DNA of 64,000 bases from Octopus sinensis. Taxonomy: Eukaryota. The stretch lies in the NCBI RefSeq assembly GCF_006345805.1, contig NC_043000.1, positions 57,722,001 through 57,786,000 on the forward strand. The letters run 5' to 3'. This document shows, piece after piece, positions 25,706-38,050 of this stretch. Both the position numbers and the translations under genes were made by a program. The notes under the pieces were generated by a model. That model saw only the letters and a program-made list of their open reading frames with translations. It did not search any database and had not been told where the DNA came from. Positions within the stretch are counted from its first letter, which is position 1; each line of letters opens with the position of its first letter.

Positions 25706-25989
25706 GTGTATAATGTTCATCATCCCACTACCAAGTATGACATCACCCCTTCCTTCATTATTAATCTATCACCCCTTCCTTTCTCATTCATAAACACAAG
25801 AGTATTATTATAGCAGATTATCTCAGTAACCATGGAAGCTACGAAAAAATTACAAAGCCCAGCATCACCACCGGATCATTCTACACATTTGTGTAATTTT
25901 TCGTGCAATTCCACCCAGCCATTTGACCGTGAATCCCAAGAAAGAAAGAATTGCCCATGTCAAATTTATATGTATATATGTATATATAT

Positions 25990-26022
<33 letters not shown>

Positions 26023-26269
26023 ATATATACAGACATATATATATATAAAAATGTTTTTTTCATAATGAGATAAGAAACCAAGGCTGTGTAGATTTTAGAA
26101 CATTTATACGAAAATAAATTTTTTATATACACACGCTGACAAATGACCAACGTTGAACCCTTATTCGTATAATCACCAAACCTGGAACTTAACTATGTCT
26201 ATCTAGAGCACTTACTCAGAATTACCTGACACCTTTGGGTCTCAATGAAACCATTACCTCTCATAACCT

Positions 26270-26299
<30 letters not shown>

Positions 26300-26300
<1 letters not shown>

Positions 26301-26636
26301 TGCAGTGTGGAAGGTGTTTATAAGCCATTTAAGAAACACACAAAATCCGTTAGATTCACTTCAACATTTAAATTTAATTTGTCAAAATATTTTCGTGGCT
26401 TTGAGACTGCGACCTGTTCACAGACAAAAATCCGAGATGCAACACGGATTTTTGTCAGTGAACAGGTCATGGTCTCAAAGCGACGAAAATATTTTGACAA
26501 ATTAACTTTAAATGTTGACATGAATCTAACGGATTTTGTGTGTTTCTTTAAATGGCTTATAAACACCTTCCATGCTGCAACTGTTTTCATTCCAGCACAC
26601 AATCTCAGATCAGGTCACTTGCTATGCAAGTACATC
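26300..26636. mobile_element. Fold-back element (~135-bp arms) with 56-nt tail, inserted in (TA)n (Penelope pLTR-like)
   Basis: Arms 26300-26434 and 26445-26580, 10-nt spacer, tail 26581-26636, (TA)n on both sides. Confidence 0.85.
26451..26501 (+). ncRNA. Minimal hammerhead-like motif with G3:C8 covariant core
   Basis: TTTGTCA GTGAACA G GTCAT ggtctcaaa GCGAC GAAA ATAT TT TGACAAA: 7-bp stem I; stem II reconstructs as GTCGC/GCGAC using the mirror arm; palindromic AATATT stem III. Confidence 0.62.
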
Positions 26637-27329
26637 TATATATATATATAAATAATCAGAAAATGGAGAAAACCACAGATCAACAAATACATCGATTGGA
26701 CCACATTTATAGCCTATTTTTTAATACAAAACATGACATAACATACAGATGACATAACAAATCTTACACTTGTTTCTGCATCCATTGCCAAACACTGTCT
26801 ATACATAATTGCGAAAATAAATTCTTCATCATCACAGGACATTCGAATTAAGGCACGGAACTTCATCAGAGTAAAAAACAAGAGCATCCAATATGAACAA
26901 AGAGAAGAAGGAATAGGAAAGAAAACATGGCCTAGAAAAGAAGCCCAATATATTAAAACCTAATAATCTGCCATTCTCTCATGTGTGTTATATCATTAAG
27001 CTGCAGAAGGGCATAAGCGGCCCTGCACCACTTATATCATTGTATTTTCCCCTGGACCCTTTATTTTTTCTTCTTTATTTTTATTGACATACCCATTGTA
27101 ATGGTTTTAACTTCTGATCTCAGTTCAAATTATAATCAACCAATTGTAGAGACCGTTGGGTTTAGACTTGCCCCATTGAGGACTATAGGTGTGGTTTCCG
27201 GTAATATTTCTGTGAGTACACTTTCTTAAACACCCTAGGGTAATATTTTGTATACATTTTAACTTGAGCTTACTCGTTTAGCATAGGTACTGCCCTTTGG
27301 TCATCTTGTTAGTAAGTTTCCTTGTATTA

Positions 27330-28250
27330 TTTTTCTTGATAACTTGTTTTCATAAATTTTTAACATCTTGTCTCAGGATCTCCGTATGTGGGATTTTATC
27401 CTTCTTGGTCAGATGAAGAATGCGCTGGAGACAGCAGATATGAAAGGATTCGAGGAGTTTGACATGACGACAATAAAGTGCCCTGGTTTCTGAGGCATAC
27501 AGAAGCATGGAAACCACAACAGCACGATAAACTTCGATTTTCATGCAGAGATTGAGATCACAATTAAGGAAGGCCCTATCCTTGAGACGTCCAAAACCAA
27601 AGGAGGTAAGGTGGATGCTATTTAGAATTTCGTGGTCAATGACCCCATTGCTTGAGATGATGCTACCCAAATCGGTGAATTTCTTGGTGTTCTTTAGCTG
27701 GTTGTCTTGAATCAAAAGAGTTGCAAGGGGTGAACCATTTTTGGAGCATTGAAGGACCTCTGTTTTCTTGGTGTTGATCTGGAGTCCAGCCCAATGATAG
27801 GCATTGCACACAACATCTAGGTTCTGCTGAAGGCTGGCTGGTTCGTGAGTGAGAGCTTCACAGTCATCGGCATACTGTAATTTGAAGAGAGTGGTGGACT
27901 GAGTTTTTGCTAGTGATTTTAGTCTCCTCATGTTGAAGAGACTGCCATCATGGTGATATCAAATTAGGGGTTGAGGTCGTAGTGAGATAGTAAGGTCAAA
28001 GCTACAAGGAATACATTGAAGAGGACAGGAGCCATGACACAGCCTTGTTTAACATCGACTTGGACATTGAACTAGTCAGACTGATCACCACTCAATGTCA
28101 CATGTGCCTGCATGTCGTCATGGAATTGGCATAGCATGGCAAGAAGCTTAGGAGGGCATCCATACCTCTGCAGGACATTCCATAGTAGTGGGATGCTAAT
28201 CAAAAGCCTTAGTTAGGTCAATAAAGGCAAATGAGGCATCACGCTGTTGT
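27330..28250 (-). mobile_element. RTE-BovB-like LINE reverse transcriptase fragment (pseudogenised)
   Basis: AFIDLTKAFD, GCPPKLLAML, VKQGCVMAPVLF, DGSLFNMRRL, QYADDC, INTKKTEV, VYRAVVVSMLLYASET. Confidence 0.92.
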
Positions 28251-28301
28251 TATATATATAAAAATATACATAAATATGTATACAAATATATATATATATA
28301 T

Positions 28302-28364
<63 letters not shown>

Positions 28365-28368
<4 letters not shown>

Positions 28369-28582
28369 AAACAAGTCAAGATAGAAAATGCTAAAATAAT
28401 TTTATAAAGAACATTTCAGTACCGGTTTCGGTCATTTTGAGACCTTTTCAACTGTAACGATTAAATTATTAAATTTAGAAAAATTAAAAGAAAAGTTTTT
28501 TTAAAGGAATATTTGTATAGTGTTCAAATAAAAGTGGCATTTTCCTTGTTTCTGCCTTTCTCTGTCTCTCTTGTTTGCACTT
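28365..28582 (-). mobile_element. Short (TA)n-embedded element carrying a hammerhead-like motif
   Basis: About 220 bp of non-microsatellite sequence between two (TA)n tracts, containing the motif at 28417-28454. Confidence 0.6.
28417..28454 (-). ncRNA. Minimal hammerhead motif with U3:A8 covariant core, GUA site
   Basis: Minus strand reads CAG TTGAAAA GGTC tcaaaat GACC GAAA CCGG TA CTG: all three stems pair; ACCGGT palindrome in stem III. Confidence 0.7.
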
Positions 28583-28583
28583 G

Positions 28584-28614
<31 letters not shown>

Positions 28615-29266
28615 TATATATACACATGTATATATATATATATATATATATATCTGTCAAGATGAAACAATCATCATATATAAACATATATATACATAAA
28701 TACATGTGTGTGTATGTATGTGTACATATGCAGATATACAAACGTGCACACACGCACGTACGCACATGCCACCCCCAACTCTGTCTTAAGTGAACCAATG
28801 TTTAGTGTCTTCAAGATGCCATCACTATAACGTAGCCTTGTCCATGCCATCTGTTGGCTGATAGCGACTGGCAGAATAAAATTCATCACCACCAGCATCA
28901 TGATCACCTCCACTACCACCTCTGTCATCGTAATAATCATCATCCTCATCACGATTACCATCGTCAGCAGTGACAGTAGCAGCAGTAAAATGCAACAGTT
29001 ACTTTTTCTTGCTTCATTCTAAGTGAGGAAATTCACTGATTTTTTTCTTCTTTTTTGCTTCTTTTTTTTTCCCTTCTATTCAATTAGTAGTTGTGAGCTA
29101 TGTATAGAATCCAGCTGATTATGAAGTGATATGAAGGAAGAAATGAAGAAAAGAAATAAAAGAAGAAAAGATTAAGATGAAGAAGAAACGACCACCAACC
29201 AATTAATGAATTAAACACACATACAATTGAACACAGTTAAATGTATATTCAAACGCAAACACAGTC

Positions 29267-29372
29267 ATGTATCTATCTATCTACCTATCTATCTATCTAT
29301 CTATCTATCTATCAATCTATCTATCTATCTATCTACCTATCTATCTATCTATCTACCTATCTATCTATCTAA

Positions 29373-29445
<73 letters not shown>
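29267..29445. repeat. (TATC)n microsatellite
   Basis: Directly visible. Confidence 0.95.
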
Positions 29446-29460
<15 letters not shown>

Positions 29461-30349
29461 CTATCAAACAAATACGTAATTAAACACACAACCTTACACA
29501 CACACACAAAGGTAAGTAATGCATGTAGAGCAAATAAGGAAATCTCAATACAGCTGCACCACCACTGTTAAAAATAGCACTTAAATCACACTGCTATATT
29601 TTAAAAAGAAAGAATACAATGGCTGCATAGTCCTACATATTCCTAAAAAAAATCTCCCACAAAAAATGTGATGATCAGGGTGTAAACATCTTTGGTTAAA
29701 GGTTTACTATACCAGTTATAAAATAGGGACTGAACAACAACAGATAAATAATACTTGCTTGTTTGTAAAACAAATGTCAATAGTAATTAGTAGAAACTGA
29801 TTCCCATGTAAAATTTATTATTTTTGTTTCTTAAATTGAGACAATAGATGCAATAATAAAATTGTCTTTGATCTTGACAATGTTTACATAGGACTAGTTG
29901 TTGGATGCGATAGATGAAGAAGCTAGCAGTATGGAGGATGATGCCTGCTGAATAGGATGAAAATATAGTGAAAGTGGTTGAAGGAGAGAGAGACAGCTGA
30001 CTGGTGGCAGAGAGTGAATCTTTAGAGAAATATCGAGATAAATATTTTATCCAAATATTTGCAAAAGAGAAAGACACCTGCATGTGTATGTAATATAAGA
30101 AAGATTGTGTCACCATATATCATCAATGTGTGTATGTTTACAGATGTGTGTGTGTATACACTCAGCATTTGCTTGAATATACACACAAATACCTGTACAA
30201 AGAGAGGGGGAGGAATGTAATTAGATGAGAATAAATAATAATATACACATATGTGAGTGTGTGTGTGTGTATATATATATTTGTGTGTGTTTATATATAT
30301 TATTTATTTGTAGAGGGAGAGATGTAATTACATGGCAATAGAATATTTG

Positions 30350-30380
<31 letters not shown>

Positions 30381-31889
30381 GGAGAGAGAGGAAGAGAGAG
30401 AAAGAGAAAGAGAGAGGAGATTTTCTACATTAAGTTAATGTATTTTTTTTAAGATTGAAAGCTTGAATAGGGATTAAACCGAACGAAAATTTTAAGAAAT
30501 TATTGCTTATTTAACAAATCTGACACTGACTGTATCTAATTCTGTTATGTAGAATAAAAGGAGGTGTTAAGGATCCCACAGTAGTAGTCATGTGATTCCA
30601 TTGCAACGAATGTTGCAATGTATCAAAAGATACATTCATTGACCAATCCATTGTTGGTTATTGTTGTTTAGCCTTGAGCCAACTCTCATTGGACAGACCT
30701 ATGGTGAATGTCATACTAACTATGACCATATCCTGTCTTTTTAGGTAATATAGGACTGCTATTTCCTTATTTAAAATTGGGTAGTGTGAACTAAGGGAAA
30801 TTTGGCTGCTATTTCCAGCCAGATGAGCTACCATGTAAATGCTCTCTTGTTGGTTGGCTGTATAGACAGGTGGGATCATTAGAGCTATACCTGACTTAAT
30901 TTTTCATATTTCATCTTTGTGTAATTTTTCATATTTCATCTTTGTACTCAACATTCACTTTTATTTCATAAAAGGACATTTAATTTCTTCAATTTGTTGA
31001 AATTGAAAAGAAATATATATAACAGAAAAAAAAAGAGAGGAAAATCTCCCTTTGTTGTTGATAAATGTAAGACTACAATTTACAAATAGTGATTTCTTAG
31101 GTAGTCAGAAATCTTCCTGTTTATAGAGAAGAGAGAACAAGAGATGCAGTGATGTTCAGAAATGTGACGAGTGAAACTAGAACAAATTAGGTTTGATGCC
31201 ACATTATATAGACGTGTCACATTAGGGACTCAACAGTGTTTACTATACAACATATCAAGATTTCTAAATATTATCAAAATGCTTTGGAATGTATGAAGAG
31301 AAAATGAACAAGCCAAGAATATCAATTTGTTTAATTCTGTTTATGTATTTACATATACGTAAGTAGATTTTTACAGGTAACTACTTGCTACAGATAAAGA
31401 ACTGAAGAAGATGAGGAAGGAGGACAACAAAATAGAATAAAAAAAGACAAAAAGAAAAATCATAAATCGAATCATTGACATTTTCCTAATTAAAATTAGC
31501 GTCTTGATGTTCTAAGTTTAACTTATCATGATTAAATTTGCTAGATGTTTCAGCTATTTTTTTCAAATTTCCAATAACTATAATATAAATATAGATTCTT
31601 CTGATGCCAAGGAAATAAATAAAACTAAAAATACAATCATAGATATTAATGTGTATGTATTATAGTAGTGTATGCTTATACATGGATGTAGATCTATGTA
31701 AATATAAACACATAAATACACAACTAAGTGGTTTGTATTATCATGTATGTACAGATATAAGCCTGTATATAATTGCAGCATGGTAGAGTCAGTGTAGCCA
31801 CTAAAAGCAATGCACATGCATAGTTATATTCACTTGTTATTTTGTTTTCATTTTGTAATAATGATATCTATTATCACTAGGCTTCAATA

Positions 31890-32107
31890 AGGCAGCCAGC
31901 TCACAAAATTGCTACCATGTTGGGCAAAATGCTTAGCAGCATTTCGTCTGTCTTTATGGTCTGAGTTCAAATTCCACCGAGGTCAACTTTGTCTTTCGTA
32001 CTTTCAGGGGTCGATAAAATAAGTACCAGTTGATCAGTGGGGTTGGTGTAATTGACTAATCCACTCCCCACGAAACTGTTGGCCATGTGCCAAAATTTGA
32101 GACCAAT
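31890..32107 (+). mobile_element. Nin-type tRNA-derived SINE, near full length
   Basis: GGCAAAATGCTTAGC, CTGAGTTCAAATTCC B-box-like motif, GGGGTCGATAAAATAAGTACCAG core, GTGCCAAAATTTGA end. Confidence 0.8.
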
Positions 32108-32499
32108 ATTAGGCCTCAATGTCGTTCATTGCACATCTTCAAATCATTGGATTACTGATCTACATCGAAGTAGAGTACCAGTAGAGGACCAATCATGTCA
32201 AAAATATAAAGAAAAATTGATATCTAATAATATCCAATCTTTGTAAATGTATGTGTGTAAATGTAAAAGGAGCTAGACTAGTATCATCACATATACACTG
32301 TAATATACATGACTGTAATCAATGGTAACTTTATCAATCAATGTTGTGTCTTACTTTACTAAATAATAGGCAGTTCCTTCAAACAATACAATACTGTCAG
32401 CACCACCATCATCCTCATCAGGCATAAACAAATGTTTGTGTGTGTATATGTGTGATACCTACATACATACACAAACACATAAACACACACACATGCATT

Positions 32500-32760
32500 A
32501 TCATCATCACCACTGAGCATCCATCTTTCATGCTGGTTGGATGGTTTGACAGGAGATGGCAAGCCAGAGGACTGCACCAGGTGCCACAGTCTGTTTTGGC
32601 ATGATTTTTACAGTTGGATGTCCTTCCTAATGCCAACCATGCTACAGAGTGGATTGGGTGCATTTTATGTGGCACTATATATATCATCAGTGTCATCATC
32701 ATCATCGTTTAATGTCCGCTGGCATAGGTTGGACAATTTGACTGAGGACTGGCAAACCAG
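32500..32760 (-). mobile_element. Two RTE 3'-tail fragments
   Basis: Reverse-complement matches to 8120-8290 (TGGATGTCCTTCCTAATGCCAACC; CATCGTTTAATGTCCGC). Confidence 0.65.
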
Positions 32761-33199
32761 ATATTGTTGTCAAGAACTTTCAAGAAAACAAAAATACCCC
32801 TTAATCAAGATATCAGTTCCAACAGATGACAATGTATCTCTAAAAACAAACTGAAAAAATCTTAAAATACAAAGATCTAGAAATAGAGATAACCCAAATG
32901 TGGAACTTGTGAACAATCCTTCAAATAATAGGTGCTTTAGATATGGAAAAAAAAAATGAAACTCACAGATAATAATAATGGTTGTTTCTAATTAGGCACC
33001 ACATGACCAACAATTTTGAATGGAGAGGTTATAGAATGTCATCAATTACAGTGTTTGACTAGTACTTTATTTTATTGACCTCAAAAGGAAATTGACCTTA
33101 GCATGATTTGGACACAGCATATGCTGGGGCCCTACAGCATATGCTGGTTTACCCCCGCCACATCATGCTAGTTCTGTATCCCTTTGAGCAACAACAAAA

Positions 33200-34320
33200 T
33201 TCACTCATACGTCCACAAACACCCTCCAAGCTTTCCTATCATTTATAAACTCTCTTGCCTCTCATTCCAACACCTCTAACTACCAAAGCTTTCCCCATTC
33301 CATCCACCCACATAAACCAAGGTCTGCCTCTGGTTCTGCTGCCTACCACTTCAGCCTTCATCACCCTCCTTACCATCCACTCCTCATCCATCCTCTCCAT
33401 GTGGCCAAACCACCTCAACATTCGTCTATCCAATTTGGTTGTTAGTTTTTCTCTCATTCCAGCTCGTCTTCACACCCCTTCATTCTTCATCCTGTCCATC
33501 CATGTCACAGCAACCATAGCTCTCAGACATCTCATCTTAGATACATCTAGTCACCTCCTTTCTGCCTCTCTCAGCCCTCACATCTCTGCACCATATAACA
33601 TTGCCATCACAATCACATCCTCATACGCACCTCTTTTCGCTTTCATACTCAACTTTTTATCTCTCAGCATGCCTTTCACAACTCCAAGTATCTTACTCCC
33701 CTCCCTCACTCTATATCCCACCTCCTCAGCCCAACCCCCATCCACCGTCACATGTGATCCCATATACATAAAAACATTCACCTTCTCTAACATCTCACCA
33801 TTTATACTCACATCCATCTTACCAGCCATTCTATCTCTTGAACATCTCATCACCCTACTCTTAGCTATGTTCACATTCAGTTTCCTCCTCTCACACACTC
33901 CTCCTCTCCAAACTCTATCACCAGTCTCCTCAGTTACTCTACCAAATCTGCCACCAGTGCTGTACCATCAGCAAACAACAACTGACTCACCTGCCATTTC
34001 TCTCCCACCATTTGGGATCCCCTATTAAGTGTTCTAGCATTTACTTCTCTTGCCACACCATCCATATATAAATTAAACAGCCACAGAGACATCACACAGC
34101 CCTGTCTTAACCCCACCTTCACATCAAACCACTCACTTACTTCACCACCCACCCTAATGCACTCTGAACAGCTCTCAACAATCCACCATCTACTCCATAC
34201 AACTGCAACACCTGCCACATTGCATCCCTATTCACTCAGTCATATGCCTTCTCTGGGTCCATACAAGCCCAATACACTTCCCTCCCTTTTGTCAAAAACT
34301 TCTCACAAATCTGTCTTTCT
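33200..34320 (-). mobile_element. RTE-clade LINE reverse transcriptase fragment
   Basis: VGLRQGCVMSLWLFNLYMD, LLFADGTALVAD, LNVNIAKSRVM, MLYGAE, LRWFGHMERM, RTRGRP across frameshifted ORFs. Confidence 0.92.
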
Positions 34321-34371
34321 CCAAATATTAAATACTACTACTACTACTACTACTACTAATAATAATAATAA

Positions 34372-34830
34372 TGGTTTGAAATTTTGGCACAAGGCCAGCA
34401 ATTTCAGGGAAGGGTGTAAGTCGATTACATCAACCCCAGTGCTTGACTGGTACTTACTTTATCAACCCTGAAAGTGAATGGCAAAGTCAGCCTCTGCGGA
34501 AATTGAACTCAGAACATAAAGGTGAATGCAATACCACTAAGCATTTTACCTGGTGTACTAATGATTCTACCAGCTAACTGCCTTACATAATAATCACAAT
34601 AACAATAATAATAATAATCCATTCTACTAAAGGCACAAGGCCTGAAATTTTGGGGGAGGGGACCAGTTGATTGCAGTGACCCAAGTGTTACACTTGTACT
34701 TAATTTATCGACCCCTGAAAAGATAAAAGACAAAGTTGATCCCGAGGGAATTTGAACTCAGTATGTAAAGATGGATGAAAATCACTAAGCATTTTGCCTG
34801 ACATGCAAACTTTTCTGCCACCTTGCCCCC
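34372..34830 (-). mobile_element. Two tandem Nin-type SINEs (34372-34583 and 34620-34830)
   Basis: Each is the reverse complement of the 31890-32107 family; they are separated by (AAT)n. Confidence 0.8.
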
Positions 34831-35378
34831 TTAACAATGATAATAATGATAACAACAACGACAACAACAAAATAGATATATACAATATGCTTAAATATGA
34901 GATAACATGACTACAGAAAATGAAGAAGGTGAAGATAGTGCCAATCATTGTTGGATCTTTGGTGACAGCGTCAGAATGTATCAGGAGGAATATAGAGGAA
35001 ATGGAAACAGTGCTCAGTAGAGCTGTTACAAAAGGATTGCCTCCTTGGCATTACCAGAATCATCAGGAAAGTATTAGATAGTTGAAAAGAATAGATAGCA
35101 TGGTACTGTAGGTTGCAGGTAGCAAGCCTGTTATGCATGCAAGACTTCAGGAGTTCCAACACAATCTGAGTTAAAAGAATAATAATAATAACAACAATAA
35201 TATTATTGCTGATGTTGTTTTTGTTCCAAAGATATTACAGGCTAATTTAATTAGCAGGGATGTTATCTTGAGGTTTGGTGACAAGTTTCTTTGAATCTCA
35301 AGAATTTTTCTTAGGATTCTTGCAGAATATTGGATTACACTTTCCCGCAGGTCAACAATGTAAGTCTTAATTCCAAAA

Positions 35379-35555
35379 TTTCATATGTGATGTAGTGGGG
35401 ATACTTGAAAGAGAGGGTTTACATCAACAAACCAGAGACCCTGGTGCAACTGAAGGAGAACATCAATAGAGAAATCAGAGAAGTGGGGTCTGAAACTCTT
35501 GAGGGTGTTATGGTGCAAGTTCTGGAAAGAGCACGGGTGAGCAAAGCCGAAAATG
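35379..35555 (+). mobile_element. Rearranged fragment of the DD41D transposon
   Basis: WGYLKERVYINKPETLVQLKENINREIRE, homologous to 41020-41205 and 41447-41600. Confidence 0.85.
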
Positions 35556-37494
35556 TAGGTATTTATGTGGTAAGTGAACTTGCTAGGAATAGCAGTCAAA
35601 TTACCATCTTAAATCACTTTATAAAGAGTAGCAGATTGGACAAAATAAGACAAGACAGTCACATCTGGAATGGTTCTGATCATGAGGCTTTTTGATTAGG
35701 GCTGACTTAGTAAACAACAAATTCTACAAATTCCCTTCTGAAAGCTCATGAAAGGTACAAAACATAATCTTACCAGAATTTGTAAAATATATATATTGTA
35801 AGTGAGAGGTGTCGTCACAATGAATTGAGAAAGAAAGAAAAAGTGAAAAGTATGCTTAACACAATAGAAATGCATGCTCACATTTTAAGCACCCAAGTGC
35901 TTGTGTTCTTATATTCTTTGAATCCTAATTGTCACTTTGTTTAAAATGTATATTTGTCATTCAATTCTTGGCTAGTCATAACTTTAATTTAATTTAAAAC
36001 AGAAACAGTTCCTTAATGAAACTGTACAAAAATTATTCACAGCTGGGTTGTCAAACAAAACCGAACATACACAAAAAAAAAATTGTTTTTCATATGCAAA
36101 TTATCTGATTAACATCATCATAAAGAGAATGTTGGAGGCTATGTTGAAGAAAATGGAATATTTCTAGTTATATGGCAATAAGTTTATAAGGTTATAAATG
36201 AGACTGAAAATTGGAGAACAACTGATAGCATATACTGTGGCATTATTGTGCAAATGTAAGTTCAAGTCCCATTTGGCCTCTATTCTTTCTTCACTATTCA
36301 TTTCCATTCCTGTGCATAATTTTTTCATTTCACAGAGAGAGATGGGGGGAGGGAGAAAGAGAGAGAAGGAGAGAGATGGGGAGAGGGGAGAGAGAGAGAA
36401 ATGTTTTTAAATTTATAAAAGGATCCTTAGAATACAAGAAAGAATTAACTTTATGTGATTTATAATATATTAATTAACTAAAATACTGAAACAGTATGCT
36501 TGTGCATAAGTTTGTACATTCATTTACATGCATGTATGTTTAACAAACATACATTTAGTTTCCTTGTGCAAATAGAACCTGGGATTAAACCACAGGGTTT
36601 CCTTGGCAGAACAGGCTGAGAACAACAGTACTAATTCCATTCATTATTTATAAGTTTACCAGGGGTATTTAGTTGCCAACAAATGCACTGATATGTAAAT
36701 GAGCACAGACAGTTCCTGTTGTTCATAATACTTTTCATGAGAAGCTATCAACTCTCTCTCCATTGAATGGGTGAAGACAAAATAAACACATCTAATGAAC
36801 CCGTAAAAATAGGTGAAACTGAATAGGTTGTTCTTCAGACAGATCTGCAAAGAGAACTCTGTGGTTAAACTACAATCCAGGCAATTAACTCAATAGCATT
36901 CCAGTGTGTAATTGGTTAACAGGGAACTTGGAAGAATATCAATGATACTTAGTATCCCCAACCAGTCAATAAAACAATGTAATATTAACTACTTTCCCAT
37001 GGTTAGCCTTTGACATTTTTTCCATCCAAAGGATTTTTTGACCCAATATTTTATGCTATTACTTTATAACTTTATCTACTTGGAGTTTAACCATTAAAAA
37101 CAAATTATTAACTAGTTAGTTTATGATGTTAAGTACTCAGTAAATCTACTGCATGTAACAACAATGCACTGCACACTTATAGCAGTGTCAAATATAATAA
37201 GAGAATCTGAGTAGAGATGTTGTTATGAACATAATAATTACATAACCATCATATTATTACATCATATTATTACATAACCAGACCATTTCATCAGACATTA
37301 ATGTGCAAATGCACGTATATTGATCTGTGAGAAATCACATGCTGCAATCCAAGGAAGGATGTTTAGAAAAAAATAGATGTTCAATAGCATACCAATTAAA
37401 GGAGAGGGTTGATTTAAATCCAGTCAGTCAACTAGAGTTATCAACCAAGATCTATATCAGTAAGAAGAGTGTTTACAAATATATTCCTTAAGGG

Positions 37495-37530
37495 TTTTAA
37501 TGTTTCAGTTGTTAGTGCTTCATCAGAAAG
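37495..37530 (-). ncRNA. Degenerate minimal hammerhead-like motif
   Basis: Minus strand reads TTT CTGATGA AGCACTAACAACT GAAAC ATT AAAA. AACATT is consistent with a CpG-decayed AACGTT; stem II is weak. Confidence 0.4.
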
Positions 37531-38050
37531 AAAAGAAGAGGACAAGTGAGAGAGAAATAGCTGGTGAAAGAATGAAAAAAAAAATGAAAAATGAGTGAGG
37601 AAGTTAAGGGAGAAGTGGTGGGTGTGTATGTGTAAGTAGGATATGTGTGGAAGTGAGTGTGAATGTGAAGAAGTGGGAGTGAGCACAAGTGCAAAGTAAT
37701 AGGAAAGCATGAAGAATGTGAATGGTGTGATAGAAGTGTATGTAAGAGTATGTGTGTGTGACATTGTTACACGGAAAAACAGGTATGAACTAAAAGATAT
37801 ATATATATTACCTACATACTTATATGCACACACACACACACATGCACACACACATATATATTAATTTTTGAACAGATGTAGCATGGCTAATAGAAATACT
37901 AGTAAACACTGAAACTAGTAAAGGAAAAAAAGTGATAGACCCATTGGAGAGTCATTGATATGAGCTTTATGGAAAGTCATCAACTGATTTGAAGCAGAAT
38001 GCCATCACCATTGGTCTAACTTTCAAAGTGTCATGGAAATTGGGGAAAAA

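Noticed and set aside
26235-26651. Similar ORFs on both strands
   Set aside because: A consequence of the palindrome; no protein motif.
28790-28990. Acidic D/G-rich reading on the minus strand
   Set aside because: Degenerate trinucleotide low complexity with an in-frame stop and no convincing splice sites.
33255-34028. 257-aa plus-strand ORF, the longest in the track
   Set aside because: Antisense shadow of the minus-strand RTE reverse transcriptase.
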